The notes under the pieces were generated by a model, which was given only the letters and a program-made list of their open reading frames with translations, was not told the origin of the DNA and ran no database searches. DNA of 32,000 nt from Acaryochloris marina MBIC11017 (lineage in GTDB: Bacteria > Cyanobacteriota > Cyanobacteriia > Thermosynechococcales > Thermosynechococcaceae). The position numbers were made by a program, and so were the translations under genes. How positions within the stretch are numbered: the first letter of the stretch is position 1; every line of letters begins with the position of its first letter. This document shows positions 9,921 through 18,272 of the stretch, piece after piece. The stretch spans positions 2,910,001-2,942,000 of the forward strand of contig NC_009925.1 of the NCBI RefSeq assembly GCF_000018105.1. The letters run 5' to 3'.

Positions 9921-10235
9921 AGTTCCCCCATTGGAAATAAATGCCTACGTAACGATGGCTCCCAGGGAATTGCCAATGACCAGAAATGGAGCCTTAACAG
10001 TGATAAAAATTCCAACCTCTAAACTTGACAATAGTCGGTTGACTAAGGGGCCAAAACCGTAAGATTACTGAACTCTTGATTCGGTCTCAGAATTAATCAA
10101 CCGTAAAACTACGGATATTCAACAGAGAATTCGATGATGAGTAGTGTTGAGAGAGTTCACTTTCAGAGCATAGATGTTGTACGCTGGCACAGCATCTTTG
10201 CAGATTTAGCGTAACCATTTTGAAGAGGACCCTGA

Positions 10236-11630
10236 ATGTCACTAGTGATTGCAGCCGATCGCAGTGGTGTGGGCAAAACCACTGTGACCGCTGCCATCCT
10301 AGCGAGCTTGAAAGCTCGACCGGGTGTCGTGCAATCCTTCAAAGTTGGACCAGACTATATTGATCCAATGTTTCACACGGTAGTCACCCAGCGACCTTGC
10401 CGAAATTTAGATCCCATTCTCACATCTGAACCCTATACCCAGCAAATCTTTCACACCCATACTCAGCAGGCCAACTATGCCCTAATTGAAGGGGTCATGG
10501 GCTTATTTGATGGCGCTATTGGGCAGCAAGGGAGAGGCAGCACCGCTCATATCGCCCGGCTCTTAGATGTACCCATCGCTCTCGTTCTAGACTGTAGTCG
10601 TTTATCAGACTCTATCGCGGCTTTGGTCCATGGCTACCGATCTTTTGATCCACAACTCCAGATTGCCGGAGTGATCCTCAATCGGGTAGGAAGCGATCGC
10701 CATCTGCAAAGTTTAAAGTCAGCATTACAGCCGCTCTCCATTCGAATATTAGGTGTCTTGCAGCGACAGCCGTCCATCCATATTCCCGATCGTCACTTAG
10801 GTTTAGTCCCTATCGACGAATTAGAGGGGGCTGACGGGCTGTTACAGCAGTTGGCCACAGTCGGAAATCGTTGTTTTGATTGGTCAGCTTTATTGCCTTT
10901 ATTAGCTACAACCCAAGCCACTCCAACGCCACTGGCAGCTCCTGTTCGGCCTCAAATCAGTGCTTTAACCTCTTCTACACCGTCTAGCCGTGTCCGTATT
11001 GCGATCGCAAAAGACGTCGCCTTTAGTTTTTACTATGCCGACAATCTCGATCAGCTCCGACACCTCGGTGCAGAACTGGTATTTTGGAGCCCAATCCATG
11101 ACAACGCCTTACCCAACCATATCCACGGTCTCTATCTCGGTGGTGGCTTTCCTGAAATGTTTGCCGTTGAATTATCTGAGAATGTCGCCGTTCTGCAGGA
11201 TCTTAAAACCGCGATTCAAGCTGGGTTACCCACCTATGCTGAATGTGGCGGGCTGATGTATTTGTGTGAATCCTTGCAAGGTTTGCAAGGAAAAAGGTTT
11301 CCGATGGTGGGCGTACTGCCAGCAAACGTCAAGATGGCGAAGCGCTTAACGCTGGGGTATCGATGTGCGATCTCAACCCAAAACACTCCCCTACTCACGG
11401 CAGGAACGACGGTTTGGGGTCATGAATTTCACCACTCCGAACTGGATCAGGACGGAGATAACCCCACGTATACGTTCTCACGACAGACCGTTGCTCACCC
11501 CTCAGAGATTTCAGAAGGCTGGCATCGCTATAATCTTCACGCCTCGTACCTACATCTCCACTGGGGAAACCAGCCTGAGATACCAAAACGTTTTATCCAG
11601 CAATGCCGAGACTTTAAAGCAACCTGCTGA
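10236..11630 (+). CDS. cbiA: Cobyrinate a,c-diamide synthase
   Basis: 464 aa. N-terminal P-loop AADRSGVGKTTVT, DYIDP, and a C-terminal glutamine amidotransferase part with YAECGGLMYL. Confidence 0.9.
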   Translation: MSLVIAADRSGVGKTTVTAAILASLKARPGVVQSFKVGPDYIDPMFHTVVTQRPCRNLDPILTSEPYTQQIFHTHTQQANYALIEGVMGLFDGAIGQQGRGSTAHIARLLDVPIALVLDCSRLSDSIAALVHGYRSFDPQLQIAGVILNRVGSDRHLQSLKSALQPLSIRILGVLQRQPSIHIPDRHLGLVPIDELEGADGLLQQLATVGNRCFDWSALLPLLATTQATPTPLAAPVRPQISALTSSTPSSRVRIAIAKDVAFSFYYADNLDQLRHLGAELVFWSPIHDNALPNHIHGLYLGGGFPEMFAVELSENVAVLQDLKTAIQAGLPTYAECGGLMYLCESLQGLQGKRFPMVGVLPANVKMAKRLTLGYRCAISTQNTPLLTAGTTVWGHEFHHSELDQDGDNPTYTFSRQTVAHPSEISEGWHRYNLHASYLHLHWGNQPEIPKRFIQQCRDFKATC

Positions 11631-11634
11631 AGCT

Positions 11635-12258
11635 CTAGCAGGCTTTTGGTCTCGCCAATGCATTCTTAGACATGGCACAACGTCGCAACCGAGGCAAACA
11701 TTCTTGTTGATAAAAACCGCTGATCACCGGCACTGAAAGCCCTAAATCAGCTGCAATCTCTTCCCAACTTTGCTCAGGCGGTAAACGCCTCTCAATCAAG
11801 GTTTGGCAATTCGCAGCCGGATAATTGGCCAGATGAGTTGCCCTTAACTCGCCCTTAATGTCACTTTTAACCCATTCGTAGATCTGCATAGTTAAGGACG
11901 ACACGACTTTCATTGAGTCTTTCCGGGAGGAAAAATCTTCTCGCTCCAGTCGATTTTCGTCCTGAGTAGCCTGCAAACACCGAAGCTGCTGTTGCAAATC
12001 TCGATTAAAAGATTGGACGAGCTGGGACCACTCTCCATACGCTTGAACGTCCAAGTTAGATGTATTGAAGTCCAGACAAAATTGGCTTAAGGTTTGCTGC
12101 AAGGCCTCATCATACAAAGGACTATCTTCTGACCAGAGCTGATCAGACTGAGTCAGAACAGACAGGATTCGTGTTAGGTAAATTTGGCGTTCTGTATCTT
12201 CTAGATAGCGTTGAAAAGCTTTTGTTATCCATTGATTAACAAGATGATTGGGTATCAT
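11635..12258 (-). CDS. Hypothetical protein with a C-terminal sigma-70 region-4-like HTH
   Basis: 207-aa ORF. The C-terminal segment CQTLIERRLPPEQSWEEIAADLGLSVPVISGFYQQ resembles an ECF/sigma-70 region 4 helix-turn-helix. The N-terminal part was not recognised. Confidence 0.6.
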   Translation of the reverse strand: MIPNHLVNQWITKAFQRYLEDTERQIYLTRILSVLTQSDQLWSEDSPLYDEALQQTLSQFCLDFNTSNLDVQAYGEWSQLVQSFNRDLQQQLRCLQATQDENRLEREDFSSRKDSMKVVSSLTMQIYEWVKSDIKGELRATHLANYPAANCQTLIERRLPPEQSWEEIAADLGLSVPVISGFYQQECLPRLRRCAMSKNALARPKAC

Positions 12259-12481
12259 TTTTCATTATCGAAGAAATAGAGATAAGCATAAATATCTATA
12301 TTCCACTCAATAAAATAATTTAGTGACCTTGTCAGTATTCAAAGGTGACAAAAAGTGACCTCATTCGTCGTCAACCTGTTAAGAATTATGTTGTTTTATC
12401 CTGGCAAAACTGCTCTAGCTGACATAAGATATGTCTCCAAAACACTCTAGAAAAGCATCCCAAGCCATACCAGTTTCTAAG

Positions 12482-13108
12482 CTATTGACTTAGCCACGCA
12501 ATAGCTTCTCGAATCCAGGCTTCAGTATCTGAATTTTTGGCCAACGCTGTATTTTGCCCTACGGCCTGTAACGCCCGCATCACTTCTTGGCTGGTATATC
12601 CCAAAGCTAAAAGCGTCATCTCCACATCTTCTTGCACACTATCAATCGGCCCAGCACTCGGTAAGGTCTTTAAACCTGCCTGATCTCGCCATTCGGCCAA
12701 CTTGGATCGCAGCTCTAAGGCAATACGTTCAGCCGTCTTGGCTCCAACACCAGGCGTCTTAACAAGCATCTTTGTGTTGCTATTAACAATCGCTTGCACA
12801 AGATCCTGTAATCCTAAAGTATCAATTAAGGCCAATGCCAGCTGGGGGCCAATCCCGCTCACTGCAATCAGTTGACGAAACAAATCGCGCTCCGCTACCA
12901 CTGCAAAGCCAAACAATACCATTTGATCTTCACGAACTTGCAAATGGGTAAACACCCGCATCTGTTCCTGGTCTGGGGGCAAATGTTGGCGGATACGACT
13001 GGGAACATAGAGATCATATCCGACCTGGTTCACATCCAAAGTCAACAAGGTTCGATGGGTACTGGTTTGCTGAAGACTAACGACATACCCTTGCAGAAAA
13101 CCAATCAT
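12482..13108 (-). CDS. ruvA: Holliday junction branch migration complex subunit RuvA
   Basis: 208 aa. Motifs MIGFLQG...VGY, L..V.GIGP..ALA and GVGAKTAERI (HhH motifs). Confidence 0.92.
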   Translation of the reverse strand: MIGFLQGYVVSLQQTSTHRTLLTLDVNQVGYDLYVPSRIRQHLPPDQEQMRVFTHLQVREDQMVLFGFAVVAERDLFRQLIAVSGIGPQLALALIDTLGLQDLVQAIVNSNTKMLVKTPGVGAKTAERIALELRSKLAEWRDQAGLKTLPSAGPIDSVQEDVEMTLLALGYTSQEVMRALQAVGQNTALAKNSDTEAWIREAIAWLSQ

Positions 13109-13854
13109 TGGACATAACTAAAATGACGGAGCCCTTCTAAAATACCGCCCGCACAATTCGCTTTAGCAAGGTATATATCATCCTGATTATGTTCTTGATA
13201 CCATTGCAGCAGCTCGGAGCGAGCATTCCCCACAATAATGCCCCGTTCTGGCCCCGTACTAAATAAAGCCTGATCATTGCCCGAATCACCACATGCCACG
13301 GTTTGCTCGGCAGAAATGCCAAATTGCCCCCGCAAGTATTGCATGGCTTGTCCTTTATCCCCGTGCAGCGGCAGGATATCGAGGTCTTTGCCGCCACTAT
13401 ACACAAGCTTGACATCTAAGCCGCGAATATGAAGGGCTACATCTAAACGCGGTAAAAGATCCGCAGCCAAGGTGGGTTCTAGAAAAAAGCTGACTTTATA
13501 GGGGCCTTGGTCTGCCTCAGGCTGCAACACTAAATCATTAAAGTGGGCAGTAATCGACAAGACATCTTGACGCTGCCATCCTTGATTGAGTTTCTCAGAC
13601 CAATCTGGATCCGGAGTGGTGCTACCGCCATAGTAAATTTCGGTGCCGACAGATGTCACTAGGGCATCTGGAGCCAACATTGGCTCTTGAGACCGCAATT
13701 GATTGAATGAGGTGAGGGAACGTCCTGTGGAATAGACTAGCAACAGTCCTTGCTCTTGCCGGACTTGCATGAGGGTCTGGTTGAGCTGTTCGAGGGCGGA
13801 TCGATCGCCAACGAGCGTATTGTCTAAATCAGTTATCAAGAGAAATTTCGCCAC
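13105..13854 (-). CDS. spp: Sucrose-phosphate phosphatase (HAD-IIB)
   Basis: 249 aa. Motifs LITDLDNTLVGD (DxDxT), STGRS and CGDSGND. It is collinear with the ~244-aa Synechocystis SPP as I recall it. The stop overlaps the ruvA start (ATGA). Confidence 0.8.
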   Translation of the reverse strand: MAKFLLITDLDNTLVGDRSALEQLNQTLMQVRQEQGLLLVYSTGRSLTSFNQLRSQEPMLAPDALVTSVGTEIYYGGSTTPDPDWSEKLNQGWQRQDVLSITAHFNDLVLQPEADQGPYKVSFFLEPTLAADLLPRLDVALHIRGLDVKLVYSGGKDLDILPLHGDKGQAMQYLRGQFGISAEQTVACGDSGNDQALFSTGPERGIIVGNARSELLQWYQEHNQDDIYLAKANCAGGILEGLRHFSYVQ

Positions 13855-13911
13855 AATAGTTCCTAAAACGCTCCCTATGTTCAGTCTATTATTCTGAGAA
13901 AGCTTAACATA

Positions 13912-15189
13912 ATGAAATTTTTCCGTTGGCAGCGGTGGACCCGTTGGATCCCCAGCCTAGACCCACAGGTATGGATTTTAGCGGCAGGGCGGTTGCTCTC
14001 ACAAATGGGAACGGGCTTCACGCTGTATTTCTTGCAGATTTTCTTTGTGAATAAAATCGGACTCACCGCTACCTCGGTCGGGTTTGCCATTGGAAGTGCT
14101 TCGATATCAGGCATTGTGGGCAGGGTGTTAAGTGGATCTATGACGGATTCTCGATGGTGGGGACGACGGCGAACCTTATTGTTATCGTTGTTTATTTCTG
14201 CGATCGCAGCCAGTATCATCGCAATCGCACACTCGTTTTGGATGCTGGTGGTTGGCAATATCGTGATGGGCTTGGGGGTTGGACTTTACTGGCCATCTAC
14301 AGAAGCGATTATCGCCGACTTAAGCGAAGGAGAACAGCGCCAAGAAGCTTTTACCATTACCCGATTTGCCGATAACGCGGGCTTGGGCTTAGGGGTGATT
14401 TTCGGCGGCAGCTGGATTGCCTTGACTCAAGCTTATCGAACCCTTTTCATTATTGATGCCGTCTCCTTTGTCATCTTTTTGGGGGTCATTTATTTCACCA
14501 TTGCTGAAACCTCACATCCCCAAACCCGGGGAAATCATGGATGGCAAGGCTGGGTGGTGGCCCTTCAGGATCGACGATTACGCACCTATATTATTGCCAA
14601 TATTCTAATAACAACCTATCTCTCCCAAATTCACAGTACCCTGCCGTTATATTTTAAGAACTTTGCTCAGCAAGGTATAGGACTATCAGAAGTCATGATT
14701 ACGGGATTATTCTCCTGGCATTTAGGGGCCAGTGTCGCTAGTCAACTGCCGGTTGCCCGCTTTCTGCGAAGATGGCCCTACCCTCAGGGGCTGATGGCCT
14801 CTGCGGGGTTCTGGGGTATCGGTTTTTTGTATATCGGGATAACTGGCTTTGTGGGGCAAGGCGTACTGATATGGGCCAGTTTGGGGCTGGGGATTCTTGC
14901 GATCGCAACCGTTGCCTATATGCCCATTGCCTCCTCTTTGGTTGCGGATTTAGCCCCTATCGAGAGTCGCGGAGTTTATCTGTCCATCAATTCTCTATGC
15001 TGGGCAGTGGGTTATTTTATTGGCCCCACATTAGGGGGACTAGCCCTCGATCAAAACCAGCCATTCATCGATATTTATTGGGGATTACTTGCTCTCAGTA
15101 TTGGTTTAGTCATCATCGTTTTAAAGCGTTTGGGTCATCTGATCAAGACATCACCCACGGCAGCGTTGACATCCAGCAATCTACACTGA
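13912..15189 (+). CDS. MFS transporter
   Basis: 425 aa with roughly 12 hydrophobic segments and an MFS loop motif G..TDS.WGRRRTLL between TM2 and TM3. Confidence 0.85.
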   Translation: MKFFRWQRWTRWIPSLDPQVWILAAGRLLSQMGTGFTLYFLQIFFVNKIGLTATSVGFAIGSASISGIVGRVLSGSMTDSRWWGRRRTLLLSLFISAIAASIIAIAHSFWMLVVGNIVMGLGVGLYWPSTEAIIADLSEGEQRQEAFTITRFADNAGLGLGVIFGGSWIALTQAYRTLFIIDAVSFVIFLGVIYFTIAETSHPQTRGNHGWQGWVVALQDRRLRTYIIANILITTYLSQIHSTLPLYFKNFAQQGIGLSEVMITGLFSWHLGASVASQLPVARFLRRWPYPQGLMASAGFWGIGFLYIGITGFVGQGVLIWASLGLGILAIATVAYMPIASSLVADLAPIESRGVYLSINSLCWAVGYFIGPTLGGLALDQNQPFIDIYWGLLALSIGLVIIVLKRLGHLIKTSPTAALTSSNLH

Positions 15190-15364
15190 CCGTTGTTAAG
15201 ACCTGTCTGCACACTTTGAGCCACAGACAATGGCTGTTGAATGTTGAAAAACCGCTGAACTTCAGTCTCGATAACTGAAATTTGCAAGATGACGCTCCCC
15301 TCAGCTTTTTTGTCAGACTATGGGAGAGTAATATTCTCTCAGCAGCCAAGATCACATCCTTGCT

Positions 15365-16969
15365 ATGACTCTCTGTATCGCCCCTCAATGTTCCAAGCCA
15401 GAAAATCCTGACAACAGTGTATTTTGCCAAACCTGTGGATCAGAATTGCTCTTAGAAGGTCGATATCGCGTCACCAAACTGATCGGCCAAGGTGGATTTG
15501 GCAAAACCTACGAAGTGCGTGAAGTCGTCAGAGCTACAGGCACCAGCAATAGCGGCATTCCTAAAGTGCTCAAAGTCTTAACCGATCAACAGCCCAAAGC
15601 CGTTGAACTCTTTACGCGCGAAGCACAAGTTCTCAGCCAGCTCCGCCATCCTGGGATTCCCCAGGTCGATACAGACGGTCACTTTATCTTCTGGCCTCGG
15701 GACAGCCAAACTGCCCTGCACTGCCTCATCATGGAAAAAATCGAGGGGCTAGATCTGTGCGGTTATATGAAGCAGCGCCAGTTTCGGCCCATTAGCGAAC
15801 AGCTGGCCTTGGAATGGTTGATGCAAATCATGACCATTCTCAATGAAGTCCATGGCCAGCTGTTTTTCCATCGTGACATCAAACCCTCCAACATCATGCT
15901 GCGTCCAGATGGTCAATTGGTGCTGATTGACTTTGGTGCCGTCAGAGCGGTCACCCAAACTTACATGGCCAAGCAAGGGGCTCAAGGGATAACCGGCATT
16001 CATTCTATGGGGTTTACGCCTCCTGAGCAGATGAATGGACAGGCTGTGATGCAGTCTGACTTCTACGCCCTGGGCCGAACATGGGTCTATCTACTAACCG
16101 GTAAAGAGCCCACGGATAGCAGCATCTATGATCCCTATAACGATCAATGCCAATGGCGAGAATCAGCGACCCATATTTCACCCCCCTTAGCCAATTTAGT
16201 GGATGACTTAATGGCCCGATTACCCAAAGATCGGCCTGCCAACACCCAAATTATTCTGCAGCGCCTACGAACACTAGATCGAGAGTTCGAGCAATCCCGC
16301 CAGCAAACTGAAGTCAGCCAAGGGTCTAATCCACCCCCTTTTCCCCAGTCATCAGCCACACCCAGCTCTGCAGCTCAGCCGCCTCCTGTCCCTCCATCAA
16401 ACGTGCCTCCTACAGATATTCAGGCACCGCCTGAAGCATTACCAATCTATACGCCGCCTTCAACTGCGCCTTTCTCCACTTCACAACCGTCTGCAGGTGT
16501 ACCACCTACGGATATTCAGGCACCTGGGTATTCCACACCATCCCATCCCCCTAACCAACCCAGTCAACCACAACAAAGTCCACCGCCGTTAACATCTTCA
16601 GCCCATGAACTAGAGGAGGCCAACAGACAGATCAAAACCGCCTGGATTGCAGGTACTGTCACTACGGTTATCACGCTGCTGGCCATGCTGGTGCTATCAG
16701 GGTCAGAAGAAGGAGGCTTACTATGGATCGATGTCTTGCTAACCGCAAGTTTTACGTTTGGTATTTATAAAAAAATCCGCGCCTGCGCTGTACTGATGTT
16801 GATCTACTTTATTTTGAGTAAATTGCTACAAATCATTGCCGCTCTTGAAGCCGATGCAGGGATTAATCCGATTGCCATCGGATTTGGAGGGCTCTTTCTT
16901 TATTTCTATGCTCAAGGTGTCAAAGGAACTTATACATATCATCGATTGTCAAATCAACAGCAGCCTTAA
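15365..16969 (+). CDS. Ser/Thr protein kinase with an N-terminal 4-Cys zinc-ribbon-like prefix, a Pro-rich linker and a C-terminal membrane domain
   Basis: 534 aa. Motifs: CIAPQC..(11)..CQTCG; glycine loop IGQGGFGKTY; VLKVL Lys; HRDIKPSNIML; DFG; TPPEQ. The Pro-rich region has a duplicated VPPTDIQAP. There are 3-4 C-terminal hydrophobic helices. Confidence 0.9.
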   Translation: MTLCIAPQCSKPENPDNSVFCQTCGSELLLEGRYRVTKLIGQGGFGKTYEVREVVRATGTSNSGIPKVLKVLTDQQPKAVELFTREAQVLSQLRHPGIPQVDTDGHFIFWPRDSQTALHCLIMEKIEGLDLCGYMKQRQFRPISEQLALEWLMQIMTILNEVHGQLFFHRDIKPSNIMLRPDGQLVLIDFGAVRAVTQTYMAKQGAQGITGIHSMGFTPPEQMNGQAVMQSDFYALGRTWVYLLTGKEPTDSSIYDPYNDQCQWRESATHISPPLANLVDDLMARLPKDRPANTQIILQRLRTLDREFEQSRQQTEVSQGSNPPPFPQSSATPSSAAQPPPVPPSNVPPTDIQAPPEALPIYTPPSTAPFSTSQPSAGVPPTDIQAPGYSTPSHPPNQPSQPQQSPPPLTSSAHELEEANRQIKTAWIAGTVTTVITLLAMLVLSGSEEGGLLWIDVLLTASFTFGIYKKIRACAVLMLIYFILSKLLQIIAALEADAGINPIAIGFGGLFLYFYAQGVKGTYTYHRLSNQQQP

Positions 16970-16990
16970 GTGCATCAGGATAAAGACGAT

Positions 16991-17902
16991 CTATTTCTCC
17001 GGGTGAGTGGCAATCCAGTTGCTCACTATCTGGTTAACTTGATGCGGCTCTTCATCCTGAGGACAGTGCCCCACCCCATCCAGCACAATAAAATCTTCAA
17101 CCCTTGAGAACTGAGTTAACTCGCGCGCTAGGTCTACGGGTTCCCAAGGATCATCAGCCCCCCAGATACACAATACAGGGCAAGCAATTTCAGCCAATAA
17201 ATCTTCGGGTAGCGGTCCCTGGGAATAATTAATAAAGGCCAAAAACACATCGGCTGCCCCTGGATCTAAAGCAGGTTGAATCAGCAAATCCACCAGTTCA
17301 TCGGTCACAGCCTCCGTTCTACCATAGGCTTGCTCTAAAATCTGGCGCACCGTCTTCGGGCGGGCCAACCGATGAAAAAAGAAATGGCCAATGGACTTTA
17401 CTGAGAGAACAGATTGAAACAATGGCGCTGAGAACTTGCGGTACCAGGGCAGACCTGCCCGTTTGCGATCGTGCAGCAACCGTAACGAGCAGTCCAGCAT
17501 CACTACGCTGGTCGTGAGTTGAGGGGCTAATACGGCTGCCTGTAAGGCCACAATACTGCCAATCGAATTACCCACCAGGCATGCAGCTTCACCGACAACC
17601 TCCTGGCAAAAATCAACAATTTGTTGGCCCCACGTCTCAAATTCATAAGCAATACTCTGACCAGGCATCAGAGCGCCCGGTGTTGGCTTCGATGATTGCC
17701 CAAAGCCAATTAGATCTACAGCATAAACGCGATGGTCTTGGGCCAATTCAGCAATATTCTTACGCCAATGGCCACTAGACGCCCCAAATCCATGGATGAG
17801 GATGACTGCTGGACCGTTAGTTCCTGCATATTGATACCGAATTGAAAAACCTTGCCACTGCCAGTTAGCCGCTTGAGGTTGATTCGCCAGCGAAGTGACC
17901 AT
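16991..17902 (-). CDS. Alpha/beta-fold hydrolase (CLD1/pheophytinase-like subgroup is suggested but not proven)
   Basis: 303 aa. Motifs HGFGASSGHWRKNI and the nucleophile elbow GNSIGS, with a C-terminal GHCPQDE (His of the triad). Confidence 0.85.
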   Translation of the reverse strand: MVTSLANQPQAANWQWQGFSIRYQYAGTNGPAVILIHGFGASSGHWRKNIAELAQDHRVYAVDLIGFGQSSKPTPGALMPGQSIAYEFETWGQQIVDFCQEVVGEAACLVGNSIGSIVALQAAVLAPQLTTSVVMLDCSLRLLHDRKRAGLPWYRKFSAPLFQSVLSVKSIGHFFFHRLARPKTVRQILEQAYGRTEAVTDELVDLLIQPALDPGAADVFLAFINYSQGPLPEDLLAEIACPVLCIWGADDPWEPVDLARELTQFSRVEDFIVLDGVGHCPQDEEPHQVNQIVSNWIATHPEK

Positions 17903-17985
17903 ATTTGTTTCTCGATGCTTCTCAAATAATTTTAAACATTTGCTAGGATAGCGGGTGAAGTTTTAACCCATTCCTATAGACCACC

Positions 17986-18216
17986 ATGAGAATGAAATCT
18001 TGGGAGTCTCCCCGCCGCGGTCGGCGACGCAATGACAAATCTAAACGGTCTGCCGCCCGCCTCAGACAACTGAAAAAACAACGCAAACAACTCCGTAAAC
18101 GACTCCAACAAAACAACCAACCAACTAAAAACCCCTCAGGTATAACACCTGAGGGGTTTTTAGTAGAGATCCGGTTTAATCCAGATCTGGCAAATTCCCA
18201 AAAGCAAGCGGTGTAG
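17986..18216 (+). CDS. Doubtful small Lys/Arg-rich ORF (76 aa)
   Basis: ORF-track entry only. The composition is A/C-rich and low in complexity. The reading frame runs through the terminator hairpin at 18127-18161 and ends inside the 5' arm of the psbA 3' stem-loop (18203-18239). See findings. Confidence 0.2.
   Translation: MRMKSWESPRRGRRRNDKSKRSAARLRQLKKQRKQLRKRLQQNNQPTKNPSGITPEGFLVEIRFNPDLANSQKQAV
18127..18161. terminator. Bidirectional rho-independent terminator
   Basis: AAAAA-CCCCTCAGG-tataaca-CCTGAGGGG-TTTTT. The stem is a perfect 9 bp with a 7-nt loop, flanked by A5 and T5, so it reads as hairpin plus U-tract on both strands. Confidence 0.7.
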
Positions 18217-18239
18217 CCCCGAAGGTTACACCGCTTGCT
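18203..18239 (-). terminator. psbA 3' stem-loop / terminator
   Basis: A perfect 13-bp stem, AGCAAGCGGTGTA...TACACCGCTTGCT, lies 33 nt after the psbA stop. On the minus strand it is followed by TTTGGGAATTT, which is a weak U-tract. Confidence 0.6.
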
Positions 18240-18272
18240 AATTAGATTAAATGATTAGGAACTCTAACCAAA

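Noticed and set aside
10021-10235. Possible cobalamin riboswitch upstream of cbiA
   Set aside because: I looked for the B12 box and the conserved GCCACUG / AGGGAA-GGUG-AAUCC core elements on the plus strand and did not find them. Only a duplicated AACCGTAA and short hairpins are present. A covariance-model scan would be the definitive test.
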